Assembly: GCA_024641475.1 (NCBI GenBank)
Contig: JAHECZ010000002.1
Location: 58,706-122,705 of the forward strand
DNA length: 64,000 bases
Reading direction: 5' to 3'
From: Gammaproteobacteria bacterium
Lineage (GTDB): Bacteria; Pseudomonadota; Gammaproteobacteria; UBA6429; Thiohalophilaceae
Shown: piece after piece, positions 28,828 through 37,264 of the stretch
How positions within the stretch are numbered: the first letter of the stretch is position 1
Layout: each line of letters begins with the position of its first letter
The notes under the pieces: model-generated
Database searches by the model: none
Seen by the model: only the letters and a program-made list of their open reading frames with translations
What the model was told of the DNA's origin: nothing
Translations under genes and position numbers: made by a program

Positions 28828-29688
28828 TTATTCTGTCAGCACACGTTGTTGATACAGCGCATTCAATTGATGAAAAATCGGGCCTGGGCATTCTGCCATG
28901 ATGCGTCCATCCACTTCACGTACCGGAATAATTTCTGCGCCGGTACCGGTTAGAAAACACTCATCGGCCGTGTATAAATCATAGGATCCAAGTGTCGTTT
29001 CGCGACAAGACACACCGAGTTGTTGTGCGAGCTCCATCACCACCGCGCGAGTAATTCCTTCCAGTGCACCATCACTGCATGGTGGAGTTAACAGTAGCCC
29101 GGCACGCACAATAAAAAGATTATCGGCCGTCCCTTCCGCAACATGGCCCTGTGCATTGAGCAGAATGGCTTCATCGGCGCCTGCATTACTGGCTTCCATG
29201 CGTGCCAGAATGTGATTGAGATAATTCAGCGACTTGATGCGGGGATCAAGTCCATCTGCACCCAGGCGTCGGGTTGCCGCAATGATCACCCGTGCCCCGC
29301 GTGTACGAACGCTTTCACTCACCATACTGAGTTGATCGGCAATGATAAAAACCTCTGGCTTGGTGCAATTCGCCGGATCCAGCCCCATACGACCACTACC
29401 ACGTGTCACTACCAGGCGCAAATAACCATCCGCCAGATCAAATGCAGCAATCGTCGCATGGATGGCTTGTGTTAATTCGACAGTATTCAACGGTATTTTC
29501 AAAGCAAGTGCGGTTGCAGATCGCAATATTCGTTGCAAATGTGTCTGCAAACGAAACGCGCGTCGGTTATAAAAGCGAATCCCTTCAAACACGCCATCAC
29601 CATAGAGCAACCCGTGATCCAATACACTGACACTTGCACTGTGTGCCGGAATAATTTTACCGTTGATCCAGCATATTGCTTCAGTCAT
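28828..29688 (-). CDS. ilvE: Class IV aminotransferase (branched-chain amino acid aminotransferase-like)
   Basis: GLLYGDGVFEGIRFY, YLRLVVTRG and the fold-type IV pattern throughout. The ATG at 29688 (MTEAICWINGK) overlaps the PhzF stop as ATGACTGA. Confidence 0.8.
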   Translation of the reverse strand: MTEAICWINGKIIPAHSASVSVLDHGLLYGDGVFEGIRFYNRRAFRLQTHLQRILRSATALALKIPLNTVELTQAIHATIAAFDLADGYLRLVVTRGSGRMGLDPANCTKPEVFIIADQLSMVSESVRTRGARVIIAATRRLGADGLDPRIKSLNYLNHILARMEASNAGADEAILLNAQGHVAEGTADNLFIVRAGLLLTPPCSDGALEGITRAVVMELAQQLGVSCRETTLGSYDLYTADECFLTGTGAEIIPVREVDGRIMAECPGPIFHQLNALYQQRVLTE

Positions 29689-30469
29689 ATATTTGCCTCT
29701 GCCCATGTAATACGGTTTGACCTGCAATGAAGACTCGCTCACCTGCCAACCGTAATCGCAACACACCGCCACGCGCAGAAACCTGCTGTGCCATTAAATG
29801 ATTTTTTTTCAATTGTTTTCCCCACCAGGGCGCCAAACTACAATGCGCCGATCCCGTGACAGGATCCTCATCAACACCCATGGCAGGTGCAAAATAGCGT
29901 GAGACAAAATCAAATTCACCATCAGCCGCATGGCTTGTTACCATAACGCCATGCACCGGCATAGCCCGCAAGCTCACAAAGTCCGGCGTCACGGCCCGAA
30001 CTTGCGCCTCATTCTCCAAAAGAAACAAATATGTACTGCCCTGCTGTGCCGTCGTGATGGGAATGACACCCAATGCAGCTATGATCTTCTGCGGCGGCTC
30101 AATGAATTGCATGGGTCGCGCAGGCAAATCCATTTCAATCCAGTTATCCCGCTGTTGTACCGTAACAATACCGCTCGCAGTAAAAAACATAATTGCTGCG
30201 GATGAATTGTATTGTTGCAGTTGCCATATCACATAGGCTGCTGCCAGCGTGGCATGGCCACACAGATCAACTTCCGTCGTTGGCGTAAACCAACGCAACT
30301 GATAGCCATCTCCCTGTGGCAGCACAAACGCTGTTTCAGACAGACCCATAGCGCAGGCAATCTTTTGCATCCAGACGGAATCAGCGGCTTCGTGCAACAG
30401 GCAAACCCCGGCCGGATTGCCTTGCTTGCCGGTTGCTACAAAACTGTGAATTTCATACACATTCGTCAT
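29681..30469 (-). CDS. PhzF-family isomerase
   Basis: FVATGKQGNPAGV, SETAFV, RWFTPTTEVDLCGHATLA and VSRYFAP..GVDEDPVTGSAH. The ATG at 30469 gives 262 aa. Confidence 0.85.
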   Translation of the reverse strand: MTNVYEIHSFVATGKQGNPAGVCLLHEAADSVWMQKIACAMGLSETAFVLPQGDGYQLRWFTPTTEVDLCGHATLAAAYVIWQLQQYNSSAAIMFFTASGIVTVQQRDNWIEMDLPARPMQFIEPPQKIIAALGVIPITTAQQGSTYLFLLENEAQVRAVTPDFVSLRAMPVHGVMVTSHAADGEFDFVSRYFAPAMGVDEDPVTGSAHCSLAPWWGKQLKKNHLMAQQVSARGGVLRLRLAGERVFIAGQTVLHGQRQIYD

Positions 30470-30562
30470 TCGACACCCTTCCAATCTTGACTCCGCAAAG
30501 CATAAGCACAATACTCAATACGGTACAGTTTCAGTAGATATTGAATTGAACCAATACAATTA

Positions 30563-30578
30563 AGTATTTTTAAATACT
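30563..30578. promoter_or_regulatory. Palindrome in the MocR/PhzF divergent intergenic region (candidate operator)
   Basis: AGTATTT-TT-AAATACT (30563-30578), flanked by the inverted pair GGTACAGT (30522-30529) and ACTGTAC (30576-30582), with ACTGTATTG again at 30601. Confidence 0.35.
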
Positions 30579-30627
30579 GTACTGCTCGACAAGCACTGCA
30601 ACTGTATTGCTCAACCATGGGATCAAC

Positions 30628-32043
30628 ATGAATCTGTACCAGCAAATCGCCGAACGACTACGCCGCCAGATCATTAATGGCACCTATCGCTGCGGCGAAC
30701 GGGTGCCATCGGTACGCCGCCTGGCGGATCAGGCTGATGTCAGCATGGCCACGGTGATTGAAGCGTATCGATTGCTCGAAGATGATGGTGTTATTGAGGC
30801 ACGCCCACAGTCAGGCTACTACGTGCGTGTCAGCAAAGTATTACCTGCTGAGCCAGCTATATCCAAACCATCAGGTCGTCCTACCCAGGTGAATATCAAT
30901 GCGCTGGCGCACGAGGTATTGCAGGCAGCAAACTCACCAGAGATTGTGCAACTGGGCGTCGCCACGCCTCATCCGGATTTTCTCCCGGTTGCCAGTTTGA
31001 ATCGCATGGCCGCAGCAACACTGCGTAAACACGCTATTGAAGTTACCCGTTATGACTTTCCACCGGGACGGCATGAATTACGCGTGCAAATTGCCAGACG
31101 CATGGCAGAAGCAGGCTGTGCTGTGGCGCCAGATGAAATCATTGTAACTGGCGGTTGTCAGGAGGCGTTGAGTCTGGCGCTACGTGCCTTGACACATTCC
31201 GGTGACACGGTATTAATTGAGTCACCCGCGTTTTATGGCACGTTGCAAACCATCGAAACACTGGGACTAAAAGTTATAGAGATTCCCACTCATCCGCGTA
31301 CCGGTGCAAGTCTGGATGCAATCAAGATGGCATTGGAGCAATGGTCAATTGCCGCTTGCGTACTGACACCCAACTTCAGTAATCCGACTGGCGCCTGTCT
31401 TGATGAAGATCATAAAAAGCAATTGCTGCGTATATTGGCCAATAACAACGTGCCGCTGATCGAAGATGATATCTATGGTGAATTAACCTTTCACAATCCA
31501 CGCCCCAAGGCCGTCAAAGCCTATGATCGCAAAAACCTGGTTTTCTATTGCTCCTCATTTTCCAAAACGATTGCACCTGGTTACCGGGTTGGCTGGATCA
31601 TTCCTCCTCAAAATTATTATGCGACTATTGAGCATTTGAAGTACGTCAATACCATGGCATGCGCAACCTTACCCGAACTGGCCATGGCGAATTATTTGAC
31701 GCGCGGTGGTTATGAACACCACCTGCGTCGCTTGCGCGGGGTGTGCGCACGACATACCCAGTTGATGATTGAGTCGATCAGTCGCTATTTTCCGGCCAAT
31801 ACACGCGTCACCCAACCAACCGGTGGTTTCGTGGTATGGGTGGAATTACCTGAGAAAGTCGATGCCCTGGAACTGCACCGCCTTGCGCTATTACATAAAA
31901 TCAGTATTGCTCCTGGACCACTCTTTTCTGCAAAACAAAAGTATCGTAACTTTATTCGATTAAATTGTGCTTTACCCTGGGACAGCACCCTTGAGCGCGC
32001 CATGCTAACGCTGGGGAAATTAACTACTGATCTGCTCAATTAA
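30628..32043 (+). CDS. MocR/GntR-family regulator with a PLP-dependent aminotransferase-like effector domain
   Basis: GntR wHTH (VPSVRRLADQADVSMATVIEAYRLLEDDGVIEARPQSGYYV) plus a fold-type I domain with PLP-lysine context SFSKTIAPGYRVGW. Confidence 0.9.
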   Translation: MNLYQQIAERLRRQIINGTYRCGERVPSVRRLADQADVSMATVIEAYRLLEDDGVIEARPQSGYYVRVSKVLPAEPAISKPSGRPTQVNINALAHEVLQAANSPEIVQLGVATPHPDFLPVASLNRMAAATLRKHAIEVTRYDFPPGRHELRVQIARRMAEAGCAVAPDEIIVTGGCQEALSLALRALTHSGDTVLIESPAFYGTLQTIETLGLKVIEIPTHPRTGASLDAIKMALEQWSIAACVLTPNFSNPTGACLDEDHKKQLLRILANNNVPLIEDDIYGELTFHNPRPKAVKAYDRKNLVFYCSSFSKTIAPGYRVGWIIPPQNYYATIEHLKYVNTMACATLPELAMANYLTRGGYEHHLRRLRGVCARHTQLMIESISRYFPANTRVTQPTGGFVVWVELPEKVDALELHRLALLHKISIAPGPLFSAKQKYRNFIRLNCALPWDSTLERAMLTLGKLTTDLLN

Positions 32044-32045
32044 AA

Positions 32046-32073
32046 AATCAGGCTCCTTGCCTGGAGCCTGATT
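32046..32073. terminator. Hairpin terminator between convergent genes
   Basis: AATCAGGCTCC-TTGCCT-GGAGCCTGATT, a perfect 11-bp stem, preceded by A6 and so usable from either direction. Confidence 0.6.
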
Positions 32074-32104
32074 GCAGCATCACTGATTTACAAGTACTTC
32101 GTAT

Positions 32105-32449
32105 TTATTTTTTTTCGTCCTGCGAGCCAGATTCACGGGCATGTTTGTCTTTGTGTAATTCCTTGCGATCCTTGTGCAGCTTGCGCTTATCGTGTCTGAT
32201 TTTTTTATTGTCCTTGCGCACTTCAGCTTTTTCCTTGTTTACTTCCGCCGTATCGCCGGATTTCTTCGCCTGCTTGAGTTCACGTCGATCTTCGTTGCGC
32301 TTTTTCACGTCTTGCTGTAACTCGGCTTTATCCTGATGCACTTCGCGCGCGTCTTGCCGAATATCTTTGTTCATCTCGTCGGCACTTACCGGAAAGGATG
32401 TGGCAATAAACAATAATGAAGAAGACAAAAATGCAATTCGTTTAATCAT
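32105..32449 (-). CDS. Secreted, highly charged Lys/Asp/Glu-rich repeat protein
   Basis: Signal peptide MIKRIAFLSSSLLFIATSFPVSA, then periodic K/R-D-x-x-E-L/V motifs (RQDAREVHQDKAELQQDVKK..RKELHKDKH). Confidence 0.55.
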   Translation of the reverse strand: MIKRIAFLSSSLLFIATSFPVSADEMNKDIRQDAREVHQDKAELQQDVKKRNEDRRELKQAKKSGDTAEVNKEKAEVRKDNKKIRHDKRKLHKDRKELHKDKHARESGSQDEKK

Positions 32450-32611
32450 TGTAATTCTCCTGGCTGTCTATGTAGGGTTAAATACTCATACATTTGCACT
32501 CACATAGACAGACTCAATTTAAGTTTGGTTCTGCCATGGTTTGAAATAATTCTGATATTTAAGTAGGATTGCCGAATCAAACCAGGGAACTTTTGCAGGG
32601 GAACACGCACC

Positions 32612-32941
32612 ATGGAACAACCAAGCTCTGACGACACCACTATTGCGGCATTAACTCATATTGGCGGGATATTTTTTGGCTTTATACCCAGTCTTGTCGT
32701 CTGGCTGATCTACAAAGACAAAAGCCCTTTCATCGCCGACCAGTCACGCGAAGCGCTTAACTTCCAGATCACCATGGCTATTGGTGGCTTTATCTGCATC
32801 ATACTGATGGTCATCATCATCGGCATATTTCTGATTTGGGTGTTATGGGTAGTCAATATCGTGCTGTGTATTCTCGCCGCCATTAAAGCATCCAGCGGTG
32901 AGCAATTCCGCTATCCATTTGCCCTACGTTTGATTAAATAG
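32612..32941 (+). CDS. DUF4870-like small membrane protein
   Basis: ALTHIGGIFFGFIPSLVVWLIYKDKSPFIADQSREALNFQIT matches the family pattern as I recall it. Confidence 0.65.
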   Translation: MEQPSSDDTTIAALTHIGGIFFGFIPSLVVWLIYKDKSPFIADQSREALNFQITMAIGGFICIILMVIIIGIFLIWVLWVVNIVLCILAAIKASSGEQFRYPFALRLIK

Positions 32942-33560
32942 TCATGACCTGGGCAGGCATCGGTGTTGGCAGGGTGCGTATCATGGAAGGTCGTTGCGCA
33001 TACTCTGTATACCAGTCAGCCAGCCTGGTAGCCGATTCGCGCCAGGCGTCATCGGCAAAACGAAAATCCAGATAGCCCAATGCGCAGGCCACACTGATCT
33101 GCCCGATATTCTGATTTTTCTGCCACTGGGCCACATGCTCATTCAAATAGATCAAGGCATGTGCGATAACCTGTTTTTGTTTGGCATCCCATGCAGCGGA
33201 GTGTTGTGCGGGTTCACGCCCACGTTCCAGAAAACGCAGAACCGCTGCTTCCAATATGCCATCCGCCAGTGCCTGCATACGCAGGGCGATCCAGCGCGGC
33301 GCACCGCTCACCGGTATCATTTTCTGACCGTCGTGCACACTATCCAGATATTCGCAGATGACCGGTGAATCATAGATAACCAATCCATCATCGGTAACCA
33401 GTGTCGGTACTTTGGACAAAGGATTGTCAGAAATTAAAGCCATATCATGCACCCAGGGATTGGTCAGCACTCGTTCGATGCGGTCGTCCAATCCGGTTTC
33501 AATGGCAAACACATTCACCTTGCGGACAAAGGGTGACGAAGTGGAATAGTAGAGTTTCAT
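32934..33560 (-). CDS. Glutathione S-transferase
   Basis: N-terminal thioredoxin-like fold (MKLYYSTSSPFVRKV, VPTLV, DSPVICEYL) and a helical C-terminal domain. Confidence 0.85.
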   Translation of the reverse strand: MKLYYSTSSPFVRKVNVFAIETGLDDRIERVLTNPWVHDMALISDNPLSKVPTLVTDDGLVIYDSPVICEYLDSVHDGQKMIPVSGAPRWIALRMQALADGILEAAVLRFLERGREPAQHSAAWDAKQKQVIAHALIYLNEHVAQWQKNQNIGQISVACALGYLDFRFADDAWRESATRLADWYTEYAQRPSMIRTLPTPMPAQVMTI

Positions 33561-33835
33561 GGTGCTCTCCCTTGCAGTTGTTCATATCGGTATTTCAATA
33601 TCAGAATCGTCAATGCCAATATCAACGTGATGCTGTTAGCAATGACGATGGGCATCGCTTGTTTAATAAAACCATAGACGGTCCATAAAATCAAACCTCC
33701 GCTGAACAAGGCATACATACCATAGGAAATATCGTGGGCGGATTTGCTCTGCCAGGTTTTATAGAGTTGCGGAATGAAGGACAGTGTCGTCATTACCCCT
33801 GCAATATAACCAATCCATTCCAACTGTATCTGCAT
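33557..33835 (-). CDS. SemiSWEET/PQ-loop family 3-TM transporter
   Basis: 92 aa with 3 TM helices and PQ motif FIPQLYKTWQSKSAHDIS. A 4-nt overlap links it to the downstream GST gene. Confidence 0.75.
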   Translation of the reverse strand: MQIQLEWIGYIAGVMTTLSFIPQLYKTWQSKSAHDISYGMYALFSGGLILWTVYGFIKQAMPIVIANSITLILALTILILKYRYEQLQGRAP

Positions 33836-33854
33836 ATCCTCTCACAAGAATTTG

Positions 33855-34271
33855 TTATTTATTAAATAGTGCCCTGCGCAATTGTTGCAGGCGCGCATCG
33901 CGTTCTGCATCGGTATAGGGTTGCGCAGCTAATTTTCCCCATACCGGCATCGGCCAGGTCGGATCAGTCTTTTGGCGAGCGATATGGTGAATATGTAATT
34001 GCGGCACGACATTACCCAGGGCGGCGACATTCATTTTATCCGCCGCATACAACTGTTGCATGGTCGACGCTAAACGGCATGATTCTTCCAGGACCTGCAC
34101 ACGGGTAGCATTATCCAGTTGGTAGATCTCGCTGATACTCTCACGCTGCGGTACCAGAACACACCACGGATACTGACAATCATTGATCAGCAATAACAAG
34201 GAAACCGGAAACTCACCGACGACAAAGGCGTCTTTGGCTAACTGAGGGTGCAAAGTAAACATACGCGCCAT
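33855..34271 (-). CDS. HIT-family protein
   Basis: Histidine triad VPQLHIHHIAR. Confidence 0.8.
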   Translation of the reverse strand: MARMFTLHPQLAKDAFVVGEFPVSLLLLINDCQYPWCVLVPQRESISEIYQLDNATRVQVLEESCRLASTMQQLYAADKMNVAALGNVVPQLHIHHIARQKTDPTWPMPVWGKLAAQPYTDAERDARLQQLRRALFNK

Positions 34272-34349
34272 TTAAGCAGATTTGGAAAAATCTACAACAG
34301 CCAGCCGATTCATCCGCTGAAAATATTTTTTGTGTACGTTGCAACCGTA

Positions 34350-35081
34350 TTACTTGCGCAATGGCTGGAACACGCTCGCCTTCCATGGTCGACAGGCCAA
34401 CATGACCGTATACGCTTCACGCTCAGTCAACGGTGCGCTGCGATCCTGCTGGTTGAGGGCATGGAACTCCTGGGTCAATTGCTGGGTTTTCTTGCGTAGT
34501 TGTTCAATCGACGCCGCGGTGAGCATGCCGGATAAAAACTGGAAGTTGGCACCTTTGTTGTCGAATTTACTTTTGAGGAAATCTTCCTGCAGGTTGGCGG
34601 TAAAGAATTGCTGGATTGGTCCATTGCGCCGCCAACTGAAATTGGGCGCAATCAGTAACTTGATGCGATTCTTCGGCTGTAACTCAATTAACTTGATGCG
34701 ATCGAGTTTGGCCAGGTTGCGGATCAATTCGGTATCGCTAAGCTGATGGCGTAGTAAAATTTCAGCAAAACTCCAGCCATTCACCACCAGAAAGGCCACC
34801 AGCAACAGACGCAGGTCCGATACCAATTCACGCTCCTGTTCTTCACTGAGCTCCTGAATACGCTGCTGCTCTGCATCCATCTGTTTGACCAGGTCAGTGA
34901 TCTCCATACCCAGCAGATGACAGATTTGCTCAAGCCGCTCCAACGTAAAGCTCTCCGCTGCGAACAGGCGCTTGACGCTGGCTTCACTCAGGTCGAGGCC
35001 TGCGGCAACGTCCCGGTAGGTCAGTTCGCTGGCCTTGAGGGCTTTTTTTAGTGTCGCGATTAAGGCATGGGTTTGTGGCAT
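34350..35081 (-). CDS. XRE-type helix-turn-helix transcriptional regulator with an uncharacterised C-terminal domain
   Basis: N-terminal HTH LTYRDVAAGLDLSEASVKRLF. Confidence 0.75.
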   Translation of the reverse strand: MPQTHALIATLKKALKASELTYRDVAAGLDLSEASVKRLFAAESFTLERLEQICHLLGMEITDLVKQMDAEQQRIQELSEEQERELVSDLRLLLVAFLVVNGWSFAEILLRHQLSDTELIRNLAKLDRIKLIELQPKNRIKLLIAPNFSWRRNGPIQQFFTANLQEDFLKSKFDNKGANFQFLSGMLTAASIEQLRKKTQQLTQEFHALNQQDRSAPLTEREAYTVMLACRPWKASVFQPLRK

Positions 35082-35093
35082 CGATTTTCCCTC

Positions 35094-35170
35094 TTAGTAT
35101 TAAATAATGATACTAATAGTCGTATATTATGAACAAATAGACTAATAAGTACCGATATGTACTACTAATA
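35094..35170. promoter_or_regulatory. Repeated ACTAATA boxes upstream of the XRE regulator gene (candidate operator)
   Basis: Inverted pair TTAGTAT (35094-35100) and ATACTAA (35110-35116), plus direct ACTAATA copies at 35112, 35141 and 35164. Confidence 0.4.
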
Positions 35171-35211
35171 AGGGATTGGTCAGCTAAGGTCAAGTCAGAC
35201 AAATCTGATTT

Positions 35212-36627
35212 TCAGGGGGGACCCAGTGTCGGTAGTCCAGGCGGCTTACGAATGCGGCTCAGGGTCACGGCTAGCCGACGTCGCCGTGGATGCAGCTGCA
35301 ATACCCGCCGCACCAATGCACCCCAGGACAGGGGCCGTACGCTGCGTATTTCCTGTATGCGGGATAAAAACCCCAGGGCGACTGCCGCCCGCAGCAGGGC
35401 TGACAAGATAAATACACCATACAAACTGCTGCGCCAGCTTAGATGCCAATCACCAACGGTCAGGGTTTTCGGCAGATGGCTACCCAGATAGCCACCGAGC
35501 AGCGCGCCTGCAAACACGGCGATGCCTACCAACACGTTGTGCATGGCCAGGTAGGTGGTACGCTTATTGGCCGGGACGAGCTCATAGATAAAGTTACCGG
35601 CGCTCAGGGAAAAACCCGCCCAGGCAAACCCGCCGATCATCTGAATTGCAATCAGATACCACAACTGCGTTGATACCAGCCACAGTAATGGCATAAACGG
35701 GATCAACGAACCACAAAACAACAGTACCACACGGTTACCGAATACATCCCCGACTCGTCCCCAGCGCGGCAAGCTCAGGAACTGACTGAGAATCACCGTG
35801 GCCATGATCACCGTGTATTCCAGATACGATAATTCCAGGCCACGCAACATGTACACCACAAAAAACGGCGAGGCGATGGCCACCGCAAATTGCATGGCAG
35901 CATAAAAAATCGAAAACCGCGCGGCGGCGGATCCCCAGATACGTTGCAGCAGTGAGCGCTGAAAAGGTGATTCCAGCACCGCCACATGCCCGGGTGGATC
36001 GTGCATTTTTTCCACGTGATATACCGACACAAACCGCGCCAGCGATGCGACGACAAATAAAATCGCAAATCCCCATACGGTAACGTTGTATCTATCAAAC
36101 GCATTCAACATCACGCCGGCAATCACAAATGTAATAAATGTCACCAGTGTTGATAAGCGCGTACGCAATGCAAAATATCGCCCACGGCGGGTTTCCGGGA
36201 CCAGATCACCCATCAAGCTCCACCACTGCGGCGAAGCCAGATTATGTCCGGAAAAATAAACAATGGCACAGATGATCAGAATTGGTAACGCGTAGGCCGG
36301 AAACAACAGGGGCAAACCCATCATGGGCAATAACATAAAGGCCTGCAGTGCTACGCCGAAGATAATAATATGTTTACGCGTGCGGCCATGATGCCCAAGC
36401 CATGCCGAGAATAGTTGCACCAACGATCCCAATAACGGTGGCAACGAAGCCAACACACCAATCTGGGCATTTGTGGCTTTAAAAAACAACGCAAATGCGG
36501 ATAAGTAACTTTCGCCTGCACCACTCATCACCGAATAAGCCAGGCCATCCTTGATTGAATGCCGCAACGTGCGATCAATCTCTTCATCCCGCGAGAAGCG
36601 GCGGATTCGCCAGGGAAAAATCATCAT
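35212..36627 (-). CDS. MFS transporter
   Basis: About 12 TM segments and an MFS loop motif (PETRRGRYFALR). Confidence 0.85.
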   Translation of the reverse strand: MMIFPWRIRRFSRDEEIDRTLRHSIKDGLAYSVMSGAGESYLSAFALFFKATNAQIGVLASLPPLLGSLVQLFSAWLGHHGRTRKHIIIFGVALQAFMLLPMMGLPLLFPAYALPILIICAIVYFSGHNLASPQWWSLMGDLVPETRRGRYFALRTRLSTLVTFITFVIAGVMLNAFDRYNVTVWGFAILFVVASLARFVSVYHVEKMHDPPGHVAVLESPFQRSLLQRIWGSAAARFSIFYAAMQFAVAIASPFFVVYMLRGLELSYLEYTVIMATVILSQFLSLPRWGRVGDVFGNRVVLLFCGSLIPFMPLLWLVSTQLWYLIAIQMIGGFAWAGFSLSAGNFIYELVPANKRTTYLAMHNVLVGIAVFAGALLGGYLGSHLPKTLTVGDWHLSWRSSLYGVFILSALLRAAVALGFLSRIQEIRSVRPLSWGALVRRVLQLHPRRRRLAVTLSRIRKPPGLPTLGPP

Positions 36628-36833
36628 TGAAAAATAATAGCGAAGATCATCAGGCCCACTCCGGCCAGTGCCAGACCACCGCCCCAGAACACCAGCCAGA
36701 GATGCCGCAGGCGCATCCCGGCAATGAAAAATGCCGAACCGATCAGGATGCTCAGGATGCCGAGAAAGATAAAAAATCCCGGCCCAAAAGGCTGATGGTG
36801 ATTCATGGCCAATAAACGATCGGCTTCACTCAT
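36624..36833 (-). CDS. Small two-TM membrane protein
   Basis: 69 aa with two hydrophobic helices. Its stop overlaps the MFS start (ATGA). Confidence 0.5.
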   Translation of the reverse strand: MSEADRLLAMNHHQPFGPGFFIFLGILSILIGSAFFIAGMRLRHLWLVFWGGGLALAGVGLMIFAIIFQ

Positions 36834-36954
36834 AACGTACCGCCTTACGAAGTTTTGTTCTGTTGGATATACCGGCGGATATTCTCCAGCCTTTCACGGC
36901 TATAGGCAATTTCTTGCGTGATATGTTCAATCCGGCATCATTGGGCGCCGACAT

Positions 36955-37161
36955 TTAATAGTGAGGCGGCGGCGGTTCAACACCATTGCTGATGATCTTC
37001 TCGCGCAGCGCGGTAAACTGTTCTGACAAGATTCGCATTTCGTGACGCAATTGCTCAATCTGTTGTTGCTGTGTCGTCACCACGGCATTGAGTTGTTGCA
37101 CAACATCATCTTGAAATGCAAGCTGGGTTTCCAGCTCGGTTAGTCGATTCGTATCCATCAT
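36955..37161 (-). CDS. slyX: SlyX-family coiled-coil protein
   Basis: RLTELETQLAFQDDVVQQLNAVVTTQQQQIEQLRHEMRIL, 68 aa. Confidence 0.8.
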   Translation of the reverse strand: MMDTNRLTELETQLAFQDDVVQQLNAVVTTQQQQIEQLRHEMRILSEQFTALREKIISNGVEPPPPHY

Positions 37162-37264
37162 GGCCCGTCGCTAGGTGATTTACTGTTAATAGATATGAAT
37201 AAAACAAATATAACCATACAGCCACGCATGATGCCATATCAGCAGAAGAATGTCTGGAAAAAAC

